From: Escherichia coli
Lineage (GTDB): Bacteria; Pseudomonadota; Gammaproteobacteria; Enterobacterales; Enterobacteriaceae
Assembly: GCF_030384885.1 (NCBI RefSeq)
Contig: NZ_CP128613.1
Strand: one strand, 5' to 3'
DNA length: 64,000 nucleotides
Within the stretch, counting starts at the first letter, position 1; every line of letters starts with the position of its first letter. Made by a program: the position numbers and the translations under genes. The notes under the pieces were generated by a model that was given only the letters and a program-made list of their open reading frames with translations, did no database searches and had not been told where the DNA came from. Positions 22,323-30,825 of this stretch are shown here, one piece after another.

Positions 22323-22503
22323 CCTGACTGTTGGGACGTTGCGCCGGATCGAACCCATTTCAAGTCCTGGCTACCGGACGGGTGGTGCCGCAGGTAGTGC
22401 CCTGATCCGGAGTGCAACATCGTGGTCCAACATACGTAAACCAGTATCGACAGGCAGTGTAAGGGTAAGATGCTGGTGTTGCGCTCCTTAATAAGGAGAG
22501 CGG

Positions 22504-22593
22504 ATGGACACGCTGACACAAAAGTTAACCGTGCTCATTGCCGTACTGGAGTTATTAGTGGCTCTGTTACGGCTGATTGATTTGTTGAAGTAA
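22504..22593 (+). CDS. zorO: Type I toxin, ZorO-like 29-aa hydrophobic peptide
   Basis: ATG at 22504 preceded by SD AAGGAG; translates to MDTLTQKLTVLIAVLELLVALLRLIDLLK; ~174-nt 5'UTR; recognised from memory as ZorO/ZorP family (which paralog is uncertain). Confidence 0.75.
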   Translation: MDTLTQKLTVLIAVLELLVALLRLIDLLK

Positions 22594-22616
22594 CGGGCAA
22601 ATTGAAACGCATCTAA

Positions 22617-22641
22617 GGGGGAAAATACCGCTTCCCCCTTT
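22617..22641 (+). terminator. Hairpin terminator downstream of the toxin ORF
   Basis: gggggaa-aataccgc-ttccccc stem-loop followed by a U-rich tract. Confidence 0.5.
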
Positions 22642-22759
22642 AATAAAATGATTATTGCTTCCATTAATTCACCCGATAACTTTTTTCTTATTTATTAATT
22701 CATCGATTTTATAATTAACGTACATTTGACCGGGATGTGAGTATTTATGGTGGCTATTG

Positions 22760-22972
22760 GCGAAAAATATCTGGAAACCAGATCGCGGAAAATAAAAAAA
22801 CCTGCTGGTGAGGCAGGTTCTTTTATTTACTACTTTGACGATAACTTGCTGATTGTGCAACATTTCGTACCAACGAGTAAATTATAACCATATCCACACT
22901 CCATTGCAATTCAGTGAGTGAGATTTATAATCCTGCCCCTTGGGAGGTTGTGCCGGATCGGACCAATTTGAA
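22760..22972. repeat. Copy 2 of the repeat; truncated toxin-antitoxin unit with no toxin ORF
   Basis: Homology to copy 1 ends about 15 nt before the yehK stop codon; terminator and both promoters conserved. Confidence 0.85.
22793..22876 (-). ncRNA. Second Orz-like sRNA gene (OrzP-like), apparently orphan
   Basis: Minus-strand -10 (rc of attata 22882-22887) and -35 ttgcaa 22904-22909; terminator at 22793-22825; 5' pairing region diverged (gtgcaacatttcgtaccaac). Confidence 0.5.
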
Positions 22973-22986
22973 TTATTTAGAGTATA

Positions 22987-23304
22987 TTATTCTATTTCTT
23001 GGTTGAATATGTTCTGTAGTTCACGATTAAAAATGGCTATTACCGTTTCTGGTGATTCACCTCGTAATTTTCGCTCATCAATAAATTCATCTCTTATATA
23101 AATCAACGCATCATTTATTAGCGGGTCGGCATCTTCTCCATCACGTTGATGAAATGTTGGACGTAGCCGGAATCGTTCCTGTCGATAGACGGAACCTGTA
23201 AATAATTCAGAGCATTTATGGATCTCAAGTCTGAAGGAAAACGGATCTTCAGGTACAGGGACTTCATAATCATAAGTAGCGACCAGCTCTTTTTGCACGA
23301 TCAT
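22987..23304 (-). CDS. yehK: Uncharacterised protein YehK (105 aa)
   Basis: 105-aa ORF 60 nt downstream of yehI on the same strand. Confidence 0.8.
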   Translation of the reverse strand: MIVQKELVATYDYEVPVPEDPFSFRLEIHKCSELFTGSVYRQERFRLRPTFHQRDGEDADPLINDALIYIRDEFIDERKLRGESPETVIAIFNRELQNIFNQEIE

Positions 23305-23364
23305 CGCTTTTCCCGGTGGTAAGTCGTGTTGATAACGGGCAGTCGCATCACTGCCCGCTGTGTT

Positions 23365-26300
23365 TTAATGGAAAATGACGTCAGGTGCGCTTAACGCTTC
23401 ACTCAAATCAAACGTATCGAGTTCGGCAAAAGTGACAGATTTATTGTCACGGTACACTCGAAGAGAACGGAAGCTCATTAGCGCTTTGCTATCAGCACTG
23501 TAGTGGTTAAAACCGGGTGAAAACTTAAGGACCAGCCGATACTCGCCCAGGTCATAGACACATGCGTCCTCAAAACCTGACTCCCAGCCTTTGTATCGCA
23601 TTCCCATAAGTTGCCCAACGGTTGCGGATTTACCTTCCCAGCGAGTCAGGCTGTTACTGGCTGACTCGTCAGGTGTGAGCAGCACTGTGCGCCGCATCAA
23701 CTGGCGAAAAGGCGGCATAATTTCGTAATCGGCAAAAACCTGTGCAAATTCACTGCGCATTTCTGCTGTCATTTCTAACGGGTGGGCAATGCCAATCAGA
23801 GCATCCGCAGGCAGGTCAATTGGCTCATCTTGTGCGTTGCAGAACTCCCTCTCAGCGGCCACACGAAAGGCGTTAAGTAAACGACGCGGTTCATTTGCCG
23901 GATAAACCGCCCATATTAATCGCTGAGTAACCAGGCGAGTAAAGGGATGATTAACAAACAGAGAATGAAAATCTGCCAGCGACCAGCGTCGAGTGGTGCG
24001 TAGGGCAGTTTCAAGACGCGGGAGCAGGTTTTTGCTCACCTGAGTGGCATCTTTTTTTAGCCCTTTTAGTCGGGCCAGTGCCTCGGGTGCTTTCAGCTGA
24101 TCGTCATCGGCGCGCAACCGGGGAACACTTTTCTGGCGAACGTTTTGCTGATCAAAGATAACCGGGTTGAGGTTTTCATCGAAGCGAACGGTAAACTGCC
24201 GGGGTCCAAAATCAAATATCAACGCCTGCGGATCATCCAGGCCCAGTGTTGGGACTAATCTGTCCGCTAACTCTTCCTGGCTTAGTCCACGATTTTCTGC
24301 GACCACCTGAAGAAATTCCGCCGCGTTATCACGTAAGGGACGGGATTTCGCCCGTTGCGATATATGATGCAGCTGTATCAGCGCCATATCATTATTCATC
24401 AGGGTAAGTATATTCAGACCACTGACAGCACGGGCAGATTTGCCCTCTTGAGGCCAGGCAAGGATCTGTGTCGTCAGATCCCGTGCCGTGCTTTCGTCGC
24501 CAAAGAGACTTAACGCCAGAAATGCCCAGTTGTCTTTTGCGGGAGCACCAGCTTGTTGCCACGCGGTGAAAAGATCCCAGGCAAAAGCGGCCAGCGTTTG
24601 TGGCTGGCAGAACGTTTTCAGTTGTTCCAGCCCGCAATAAAAACGTCCGCCCTGGGTAAAGCGCAGCATTTCGCCAATAATTTCCAGAGCGTCATCAGTA
24701 ACAGGTTGATTATTCGTGATAAGTCTCGGTCTGGACCACATTGTCGGATGCCAGAAATCAGGAGCTTTTGGAATGCGTGTTGGGTAAATCTCTATTGGAC
24801 TCTGTTTAAGTAATTGATCCAGGGCAGGCCATACATCTGTACGCTGCCAGCGGTTTGCCACGGTTTGCAGTAATTCGCCATGCCCTTGTTCATACAGTAA
24901 ACGCAGAGCGCTGAGTGCCGCTTCGCTGTTATCGCCAGACCTGGCAAAGATTAATGGGATCAGCGCCGTAGCCGTATGCTCCGGCCATTGTAAAATCCAC
25001 TGGCGAGCCAGATTACGCTGGCCCGCAAAACGATGCCAGACGCGGGCAACGGGCAGCGCCAGTTCTGTTGCGCCAAAATGAATCAGCAGCGGAAATATCT
25101 CTTTGGGATGTCGGGCAAAGGCGGTGATTAATCCGGGCAAAGCATCGGTACCCAGGACACTTAACAGATATTCTACCCCGGTGTAATGAAAATCAGCCGC
25201 AACAATTTGTTGCCAGCACGATACCGCCATTTCGCGCGGCATCTGCGCGATAAGGTACAGATTCCACACTCCCCAACGCTTTTCATCAGTGTAATTAAAT
25301 TTGCGTTGGAAAGTTCGCCACCCCTCCATCAACGCAACGCTATCTTGTGCCAGTAATGCGCTGGCGGCCTCTTCCCGGTAGTGTTTATTTTCAGTCTGTT
25401 TTGCCTGATAATTGAGCAATCTTCCTAATGAAGTATGTGTCTCTAGTTGATCGGTATCCAGAGCATCCAACTGTCCTGTGAGAATAAACTCATTAAACTT
25501 CCACCTGTGATCTTCAAAACCTAATTCCCGCAAGAAGGTATCTGCCCCTCTGCTTACGAGACGTTCGTCAAAAGACATGGCGCTAAAATGGTCAATTGCA
25601 GTTTGCTGTTCCGGCGTCCAGTGTTTATTCGGCGACCTATACGCTTGCGGTACAAGCGTAAGTTCAGGTAGCGAAAAGTGAGTTATGGAAGTCTTTTTCC
25701 TGCCACGCCATGGTGGTGAAACGAGGATTTCAGGCAGACTGCTGTTATCGGTGCTATCAATAACCGGTTTTGGCGATGCCGATAAATAACTATTCACCAC
25801 TGCCCGGGCTTGAGTACTTAACCACGGGATCACCTCTTCTGCCAGTTGTGGCTGCGATGCCATCAGCGTTTGTAACAGCGTACGCCAGTATTCATCACGT
25901 GCTTTTTGCTGTGCAGGCAGCTTTTTGTCTTCGATGATAGGATAACCAGGGCGCGTAGGGGGGGCTTTTAACGCCAGTAGTTCTGCCAGTGCGGCGAGCG
26001 TCGCATGGGGAAAGTTTTTACTGTATTTAGCCACACGCTGCAGGCTGGGTTTGTTTTTATCGGCAACTAACAGCAAGATGCGAATAATTTGCGGATGGTT
26101 AATTTGTACCAGCAGGCTACCGCAATCTTCTTTATGGGCATACATTGCCAGGTGTGGAATGGCTGCCAGTCCTTGTTCGCGCAAAAGGGCAGCGCAGGCC
26201 GCGTAGCCGAAGTGGTTTTCATGCGACATGTAGCTGGCTTCCCGATCGCTAAATATATCCTGGCTCCAGTAGCGTTCGAGTTTTTTCACCGCTCTGGGGT

Positions 26301-27015
26301 CATTAGCAACAACTTTTAACCACTCCTTAGAATGAAAATGAGTCCGCGGGCATTCAAGGCCTACCAACTCATTGGCGATTTCTGGTTTCTCCGGGAGGAT
26401 GAGTGCAATAAAAGGACGGCGAACTTTGGGTATTCCTGGCAGTGCGGCAATGAGTTTGTCGGCGCAACGCTGCCAGCAGCTTTCCTCTGCCAGAGAGAGA
26501 TGCTTACGCAGTCGGAGATCGAATTCGTTATAGGTTTCTGAGCGATAACCATAACCATCGTCCTCGTTCTGATACTGCAATGTTACTACCAGAGGATCAC
26601 TCTCATAACACCGTACAATAAACTGGCGTGCAATCACCACTTCAGTCGCATATTCCAGTCCCTCTTGTTGGACGATTTCGTCGAGCAACTGTTGGCTATC
26701 ATTTTGCGCGATACAGGCTAGCGCCGCCATTGTCCGGGCCGGAATTGAGGGTTTGTGCTCGCCGATCAAGTTGATGGCTTGCGTAATGGCCGACTGCCAC
26801 TCCAGTGAAAAATTTTCATAACGCCAGACGATGTTTTTTTTCTTCTCAGCAATGTGTAGCAATTTATCACCCAGTGTCTGGATGAGGCTTTCAGTGATAA
26901 CAGGCACCGGTTCGCCCGGCCAATTGCGATGGCTGAGTGGTGTTTTGCCTTTTTTATATTTCAGTTCCAGTTGGGCGTTATCCGCCAGCCACGGTAATTC
27001 CTTGTCCATGCTCAT
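23365..27015 (-). CDS. yehI: Large DUF4132-family protein YehI (MolR paralog lacking the WGR domain)
   Basis: 1216-aa ORF; C-terminal two-thirds alignable with both MolR-like genes (GAPAKDNWAF...FGPRQFTV...YEIMPPFRQL); begins at the position homologous to just after their WGR domain. Confidence 0.88.
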   Translation of the reverse strand: MSMDKELPWLADNAQLELKYKKGKTPLSHRNWPGEPVPVITESLIQTLGDKLLHIAEKKKNIVWRYENFSLEWQSAITQAINLIGEHKPSIPARTMAALACIAQNDSQQLLDEIVQQEGLEYATEVVIARQFIVRCYESDPLVVTLQYQNEDDGYGYRSETYNEFDLRLRKHLSLAEESCWQRCADKLIAALPGIPKVRRPFIALILPEKPEIANELVGLECPRTHFHSKEWLKVVANDPRAVKKLERYWSQDIFSDREASYMSHENHFGYAACAALLREQGLAAIPHLAMYAHKEDCGSLLVQINHPQIIRILLLVADKNKPSLQRVAKYSKNFPHATLAALAELLALKAPPTRPGYPIIEDKKLPAQQKARDEYWRTLLQTLMASQPQLAEEVIPWLSTQARAVVNSYLSASPKPVIDSTDNSSLPEILVSPPWRGRKKTSITHFSLPELTLVPQAYRSPNKHWTPEQQTAIDHFSAMSFDERLVSRGADTFLRELGFEDHRWKFNEFILTGQLDALDTDQLETHTSLGRLLNYQAKQTENKHYREEAASALLAQDSVALMEGWRTFQRKFNYTDEKRWGVWNLYLIAQMPREMAVSCWQQIVAADFHYTGVEYLLSVLGTDALPGLITAFARHPKEIFPLLIHFGATELALPVARVWHRFAGQRNLARQWILQWPEHTATALIPLIFARSGDNSEAALSALRLLYEQGHGELLQTVANRWQRTDVWPALDQLLKQSPIEIYPTRIPKAPDFWHPTMWSRPRLITNNQPVTDDALEIIGEMLRFTQGGRFYCGLEQLKTFCQPQTLAAFAWDLFTAWQQAGAPAKDNWAFLALSLFGDESTARDLTTQILAWPQEGKSARAVSGLNILTLMNNDMALIQLHHISQRAKSRPLRDNAAEFLQVVAENRGLSQEELADRLVPTLGLDDPQALIFDFGPRQFTVRFDENLNPVIFDQQNVRQKSVPRLRADDDQLKAPEALARLKGLKKDATQVSKNLLPRLETALRTTRRWSLADFHSLFVNHPFTRLVTQRLIWAVYPANEPRRLLNAFRVAAEREFCNAQDEPIDLPADALIGIAHPLEMTAEMRSEFAQVFADYEIMPPFRQLMRRTVLLTPDESASNSLTRWEGKSATVGQLMGMRYKGWESGFEDACVYDLGEYRLVLKFSPGFNHYSADSKALMSFRSLRVYRDNKSVTFAELDTFDLSEALSAPDVIFH

Positions 27016-27018
27016 TCC

Positions 27019-30000
27019 TTATTCAAACAGGGCTTCGATGTCGTTAATTAACTCGCTAGCGGTGATGTCATCGAGTGCGGAGAACAGCGCTTCCTGTGTT
27101 GAATTAATCCCCCAGCCATAGCTTTCTGCTTTGCCTTCCCATAGCCACAGCTTGCTTAAGAGTTGCTCGGCACTGAGTTCGGCTGGCGACATACCAACTG
27201 CAAATCCTTCATCGATTTCCATGATTAATGACCAGCGGCCCAGAGGTTTGATCATCCAGCCGATCCAGCCACCGTCCTGCGGTTCACCACGCACCCAGCC
27301 TTTATTCGACAGCCCCATAACCCGACCGCTCGGGCATTTTCTGCCTGCCCAGCGGGTTAGTTCGCTGGTGTTTCGTTCGACTTCAGTCAGGGCATAACTG
27401 TTGCGGTCGAGCTGGCGGAACGGCGGTAACAGCTCGTAGTCGGCAAAAAGCTGACCAAAGGCGGCGGCATCCGTCGGTGATATTTCCAGAACGTGAGGAA
27501 TACCTATAGAGATATCGCCTTCCGGCAGGGTGAAAAGATCATCGTCAGCGGTGCTGTAGCTGTTATCTTCCGCCACACGGAAGCACGCCAGTAACTGGTT
27601 GTCTGCGCTATAAATGCCCCAAATCAGACGGCGGGTTAAGTGGCAGACCAGCGGATTCTCAACCAGAAAGAGCTGAAAGTTTTCTGGCGACCAGCGGCGG
27701 CGCAGGCACATGGCGGATTCCAGCCTTGCCACCTGCTGGGCGGCAACGGTACGCGCATCTTTTTTCAGCAGTTTGTAGCGGTTAACTGCATCGTTCGCTT
27801 GGGTTTCATCATCGCTTTTGTTCGGTTTAGGCAAGTCTTTCAGGCGGCTGCCGGAAGCATCACGCACAAACGGTTTTAAGGTTTCATCAAAGCTGACGGT
27901 GAACTGCCGTGGCCCGAAATCCAGCAGCAGCGAACCGTTATCATCCAGACCGAGATCGGGCGCTAAGCGATCTTCAAGTTCTGCCACTGTGAGTTCGCGG
28001 CTTTCGGCAATGTCGGCAATTTTTTCTTTTGCCCGCTCCTGTAATGCTTTGAATTTCAGTTTCTGGGCGATGCCGTTAAGCTGCATCAGGGCGATATCAC
28101 TACCGATAGCAGCGAGAATATCCAGCCCGACGGTGGCGCGTTTATGCTGGGATTCACCAGGCCAGGCGCGGATTAATGGCGTCAGTTTGCGGGCGGTGTC
28201 ATCGTTGCCAAGAACACCTAATGCAGTGAACGCCCAGCTCTCTTTCGACGGCGCGCCAGCGGTCTCCCAGGCGGTAAACAGATCCCAGGCAAACTCAGCC
28301 AGTGAGTCGGCAGTACAGGCGTCTTTCACCTGTAATAACCCCGCATACAGCGTATCTTCCTGAGGGAAGCGGAGCATTTCACCGAGGTGGAAGAGGGCGC
28401 TATCTGGCAGTGATTGGGCGTTTGCTTTTAATACCGGGCGTGTCCAGAGCGATGGCTGATAAAAGGCCGGAAGTGTCGGGATTTTAGTCGGGTGATTATC
28501 TAAGGGATCGAGCGCAAGTAGAGCGTTCACCGCATCGGTTACTTCCGGCTGGTTATAACGCTGGGCGATTTCTTGCAGTAATGACGGATAACCACTTTCA
28601 ATCAACATACGTAAGGCGGCGCGGGCGTTATCCTGGGCTTCACCAGCTTTGCCGAGTGCCGCAGGCAACAGGCCGATAATGGCATGTTCCGGATATTTCA
28701 GCAGCCAGGTGCGGGCGTCTTGTCGTAGAGTTTTGAGTTTGTTAAAGGCGCGGGCGACGGCAGGAGCCAGCTCACTCGCTGCGAAGTAATTCGTTATGGG
28801 CAAGGCTTCCTGTGGATAGCGTGCAAGTGAGTTTACTAACCCAGGTAATCCTTTGAGTCCAAAATGTAACATGGCGTATTCGGTATCGGTATGCGGAGAT
28901 ACAGTAAGGGCATTCCATGCTCTTATTGCTTTCTCCAGCGGCAATGTTGTCAAAATCCCCAAATGCCAATAATGCCCGGTAGGTGAATGAAACACCTTAA
29001 ATTCACTTATTAAGGTTGAATAATCTTCATTTAGCCATGCCTCAACTACCGCTTCGGGAGCTTTAATATATGTACCAGCGATCCGTCGTTGAAAACCCAT
29101 CCTTGCCAACAGATTGGCAGTACTTTCTTCATGACTAACCGTGATGTGTTTTGAATACCAGATATATTTCGCCAAAAGTTGATTACTGATTTCTTCTGTC
29201 AGATAACTGATTGGCTCAATGCCTAATGGTGCTAAATCAAGCACCGGAATCGACGATTTTTTCTTTTTCGAAAGCCATGGTGGGGAGACTACTATGGCCG
29301 GCAGTAGATCGGTGCTGGCATGGTTTGAGGGCTGTGTCAGTTGTTGCTGGCATGATTTCAGCACTGCAGCTGCGGGTGTCGAAAGCCAGGGAATGACCTG
29401 TTCTGCCAGTGCTGGTTGCGAGATAAGCATCGTCATTAGCATAATGCGCCAACTATTCTCTTCTTTTTGCACTAGAAGTTCCGCCAGTGCTGCCAGTGCT
29501 GCGTGTGGGAACGCAGCGCAGGCTTTCGTCATTCGATCGTGACAGCGTTTAGTATGCCCGGCTACACGTATAAGCAGTGTTAATGCGAACGGATGATTGA
29601 TATGACGCAACACATCGGCGCAGTAGTCACTTGCGGCATAGGGAGCAAATCGGGGCAGGGCTGCAACACCTTGCTCCTGTAATACGGTGGCTGACCATAT
29701 CGCACCACAATAGTAATCATCAAAAATGGCATATGGCTCGTGATATTTTTCTAATGAGGCAAGAATGTGCTCATCAGTCGCCACTATTTTTAGCCACTCA
29801 AGCGAGGGTAATTTTTTTTTCCCCAGTAGACGCTGGGCAATTTCATGTGCAATTTCTGGTTTTTCGGGTAATAACAAAGCAATTAATGGTTGCCGCCATT
29901 CTGGAATATGTGGAATTGCGGCAATGAGTTTTTGTGCACATTTTTGCCAGAGAGACTCTTCCGCCAGTGATAAATGTTTCCGTAGGCGTAATTCAAAACT

Positions 30001-30813
30001 GGAATATTGCTGCAAGTTATCAGGTGCAATGCCAGACGGCAGAATAATAATGATATTATTCGCATAATTCCATTCAATATCAATCTGTTGAAGGTGTATT
30101 ATTACATCAGTAGCATATTCCAGACCGCCTTCCTGAATGATCTGATCCATAACATCCTCACGCACTTTATATCTTGTGCATTTCATTTCAAGTGCCGTGA
30201 GTACAGCCATTACTGGTGATGGTAACTGTGTTGTTTTCAGGCAGTCGATCTGACTGATCGCCTGGGCGACGGTGTTTTGCCATACTAAAGAACAGGCGCT
30301 GAAGTCAAATGTGGCTGTTTTATTATCCCGTTGCGACACGCTACAGGCTAAGCGACGTAACTGGGTCAAGTTGTCTGCTTGCTGAACAGGAACTCCGGGA
30401 AAGCGGCGATGGCTTAACGTGGTGTGTACAACTTCGGGCGGAAAAACGACAGCAATATCTTTCGCCAGCCACGGTAAAACATCATCTGTATTTTTGTCAG
30501 CCACACGGGCTTCTGCTACGCAAAAGGGTTGTTCCTGAATAATGGTGGATAAGGCCGCTACCTTGAGAGAATCCGTTACCGTTTGGGAAGGTTGCAAAGA
30601 ATTATCCTTCGCTTGCTCCACATACCCCTTCTTCATCTTCTCCGCAATCAGCCTCAGTTCCGCTTTTTCCGCCGCCGCAGCATCAGCAAAGCTTTTTACC
30701 TGGCTTTGCCCGTTGGTACCAACTTTGCCCCAACTAATATGCAGCTCGTTTCCCTGTTGCTCCACTGCCCAGAATTTATGTGATTTTTCGTCCTGATAAA
30801 TATAGGTTTTCAT
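27019..30813 (-). CDS. molR: MolR-like protein, WGR domain plus DUF4132 (1264 aa), copy A
   Basis: N-terminus MKTYIYQDEKSHKFWAVEQQGNELHISWGKVGTNGQ is a WGR domain; C-terminal DUF4132-like region; 3-nt gap to yehI start; which copy corresponds to K-12 molR is uncertain. Confidence 0.85.
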   Translation of the reverse strand: MKTYIYQDEKSHKFWAVEQQGNELHISWGKVGTNGQSQVKSFADAAAAEKAELRLIAEKMKKGYVEQAKDNSLQPSQTVTDSLKVAALSTIIQEQPFCVAEARVADKNTDDVLPWLAKDIAVVFPPEVVHTTLSHRRFPGVPVQQADNLTQLRRLACSVSQRDNKTATFDFSACSLVWQNTVAQAISQIDCLKTTQLPSPVMAVLTALEMKCTRYKVREDVMDQIIQEGGLEYATDVIIHLQQIDIEWNYANNIIIILPSGIAPDNLQQYSSFELRLRKHLSLAEESLWQKCAQKLIAAIPHIPEWRQPLIALLLPEKPEIAHEIAQRLLGKKKLPSLEWLKIVATDEHILASLEKYHEPYAIFDDYYCGAIWSATVLQEQGVAALPRFAPYAASDYCADVLRHINHPFALTLLIRVAGHTKRCHDRMTKACAAFPHAALAALAELLVQKEENSWRIMLMTMLISQPALAEQVIPWLSTPAAAVLKSCQQQLTQPSNHASTDLLPAIVVSPPWLSKKKKSSIPVLDLAPLGIEPISYLTEEISNQLLAKYIWYSKHITVSHEESTANLLARMGFQRRIAGTYIKAPEAVVEAWLNEDYSTLISEFKVFHSPTGHYWHLGILTTLPLEKAIRAWNALTVSPHTDTEYAMLHFGLKGLPGLVNSLARYPQEALPITNYFAASELAPAVARAFNKLKTLRQDARTWLLKYPEHAIIGLLPAALGKAGEAQDNARAALRMLIESGYPSLLQEIAQRYNQPEVTDAVNALLALDPLDNHPTKIPTLPAFYQPSLWTRPVLKANAQSLPDSALFHLGEMLRFPQEDTLYAGLLQVKDACTADSLAEFAWDLFTAWETAGAPSKESWAFTALGVLGNDDTARKLTPLIRAWPGESQHKRATVGLDILAAIGSDIALMQLNGIAQKLKFKALQERAKEKIADIAESRELTVAELEDRLAPDLGLDDNGSLLLDFGPRQFTVSFDETLKPFVRDASGSRLKDLPKPNKSDDETQANDAVNRYKLLKKDARTVAAQQVARLESAMCLRRRWSPENFQLFLVENPLVCHLTRRLIWGIYSADNQLLACFRVAEDNSYSTADDDLFTLPEGDISIGIPHVLEISPTDAAAFGQLFADYELLPPFRQLDRNSYALTEVERNTSELTRWAGRKCPSGRVMGLSNKGWVRGEPQDGGWIGWMIKPLGRWSLIMEIDEGFAVGMSPAELSAEQLLSKLWLWEGKAESYGWGINSTQEALFSALDDITASELINDIEALFE

Positions 30814-30825
30814 TGCAAAGTCCTT

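Larger units (their letters stand above)
22150..22362. repeat. Copy 1 of a ~215-bp direct repeat (antitoxin sRNA gene plus divergent promoters)
   Basis: Aligns with 22760-22972; shared terminator aaaaaaacctgctggtgaggcaggttctttt and shared attata-N17-ttgcaa-N16-tataat promoter block. Confidence 0.85.

Noticed and set aside
22285-22491. 68-aa ORF overlapping the toxin 5'UTR
   Set aside because: No SD; lies within the predicted untranslated leader of the toxin mRNA; Cys/Arg-rich improbable peptide
22150-22972. Possible CRISPR array or IS element at the direct repeats
   Set aside because: Only two copies of a ~215-bp unit carrying promoters and a terminator; no short regular repeat-spacer pattern, no transposase ORF, no terminal inverted repeats
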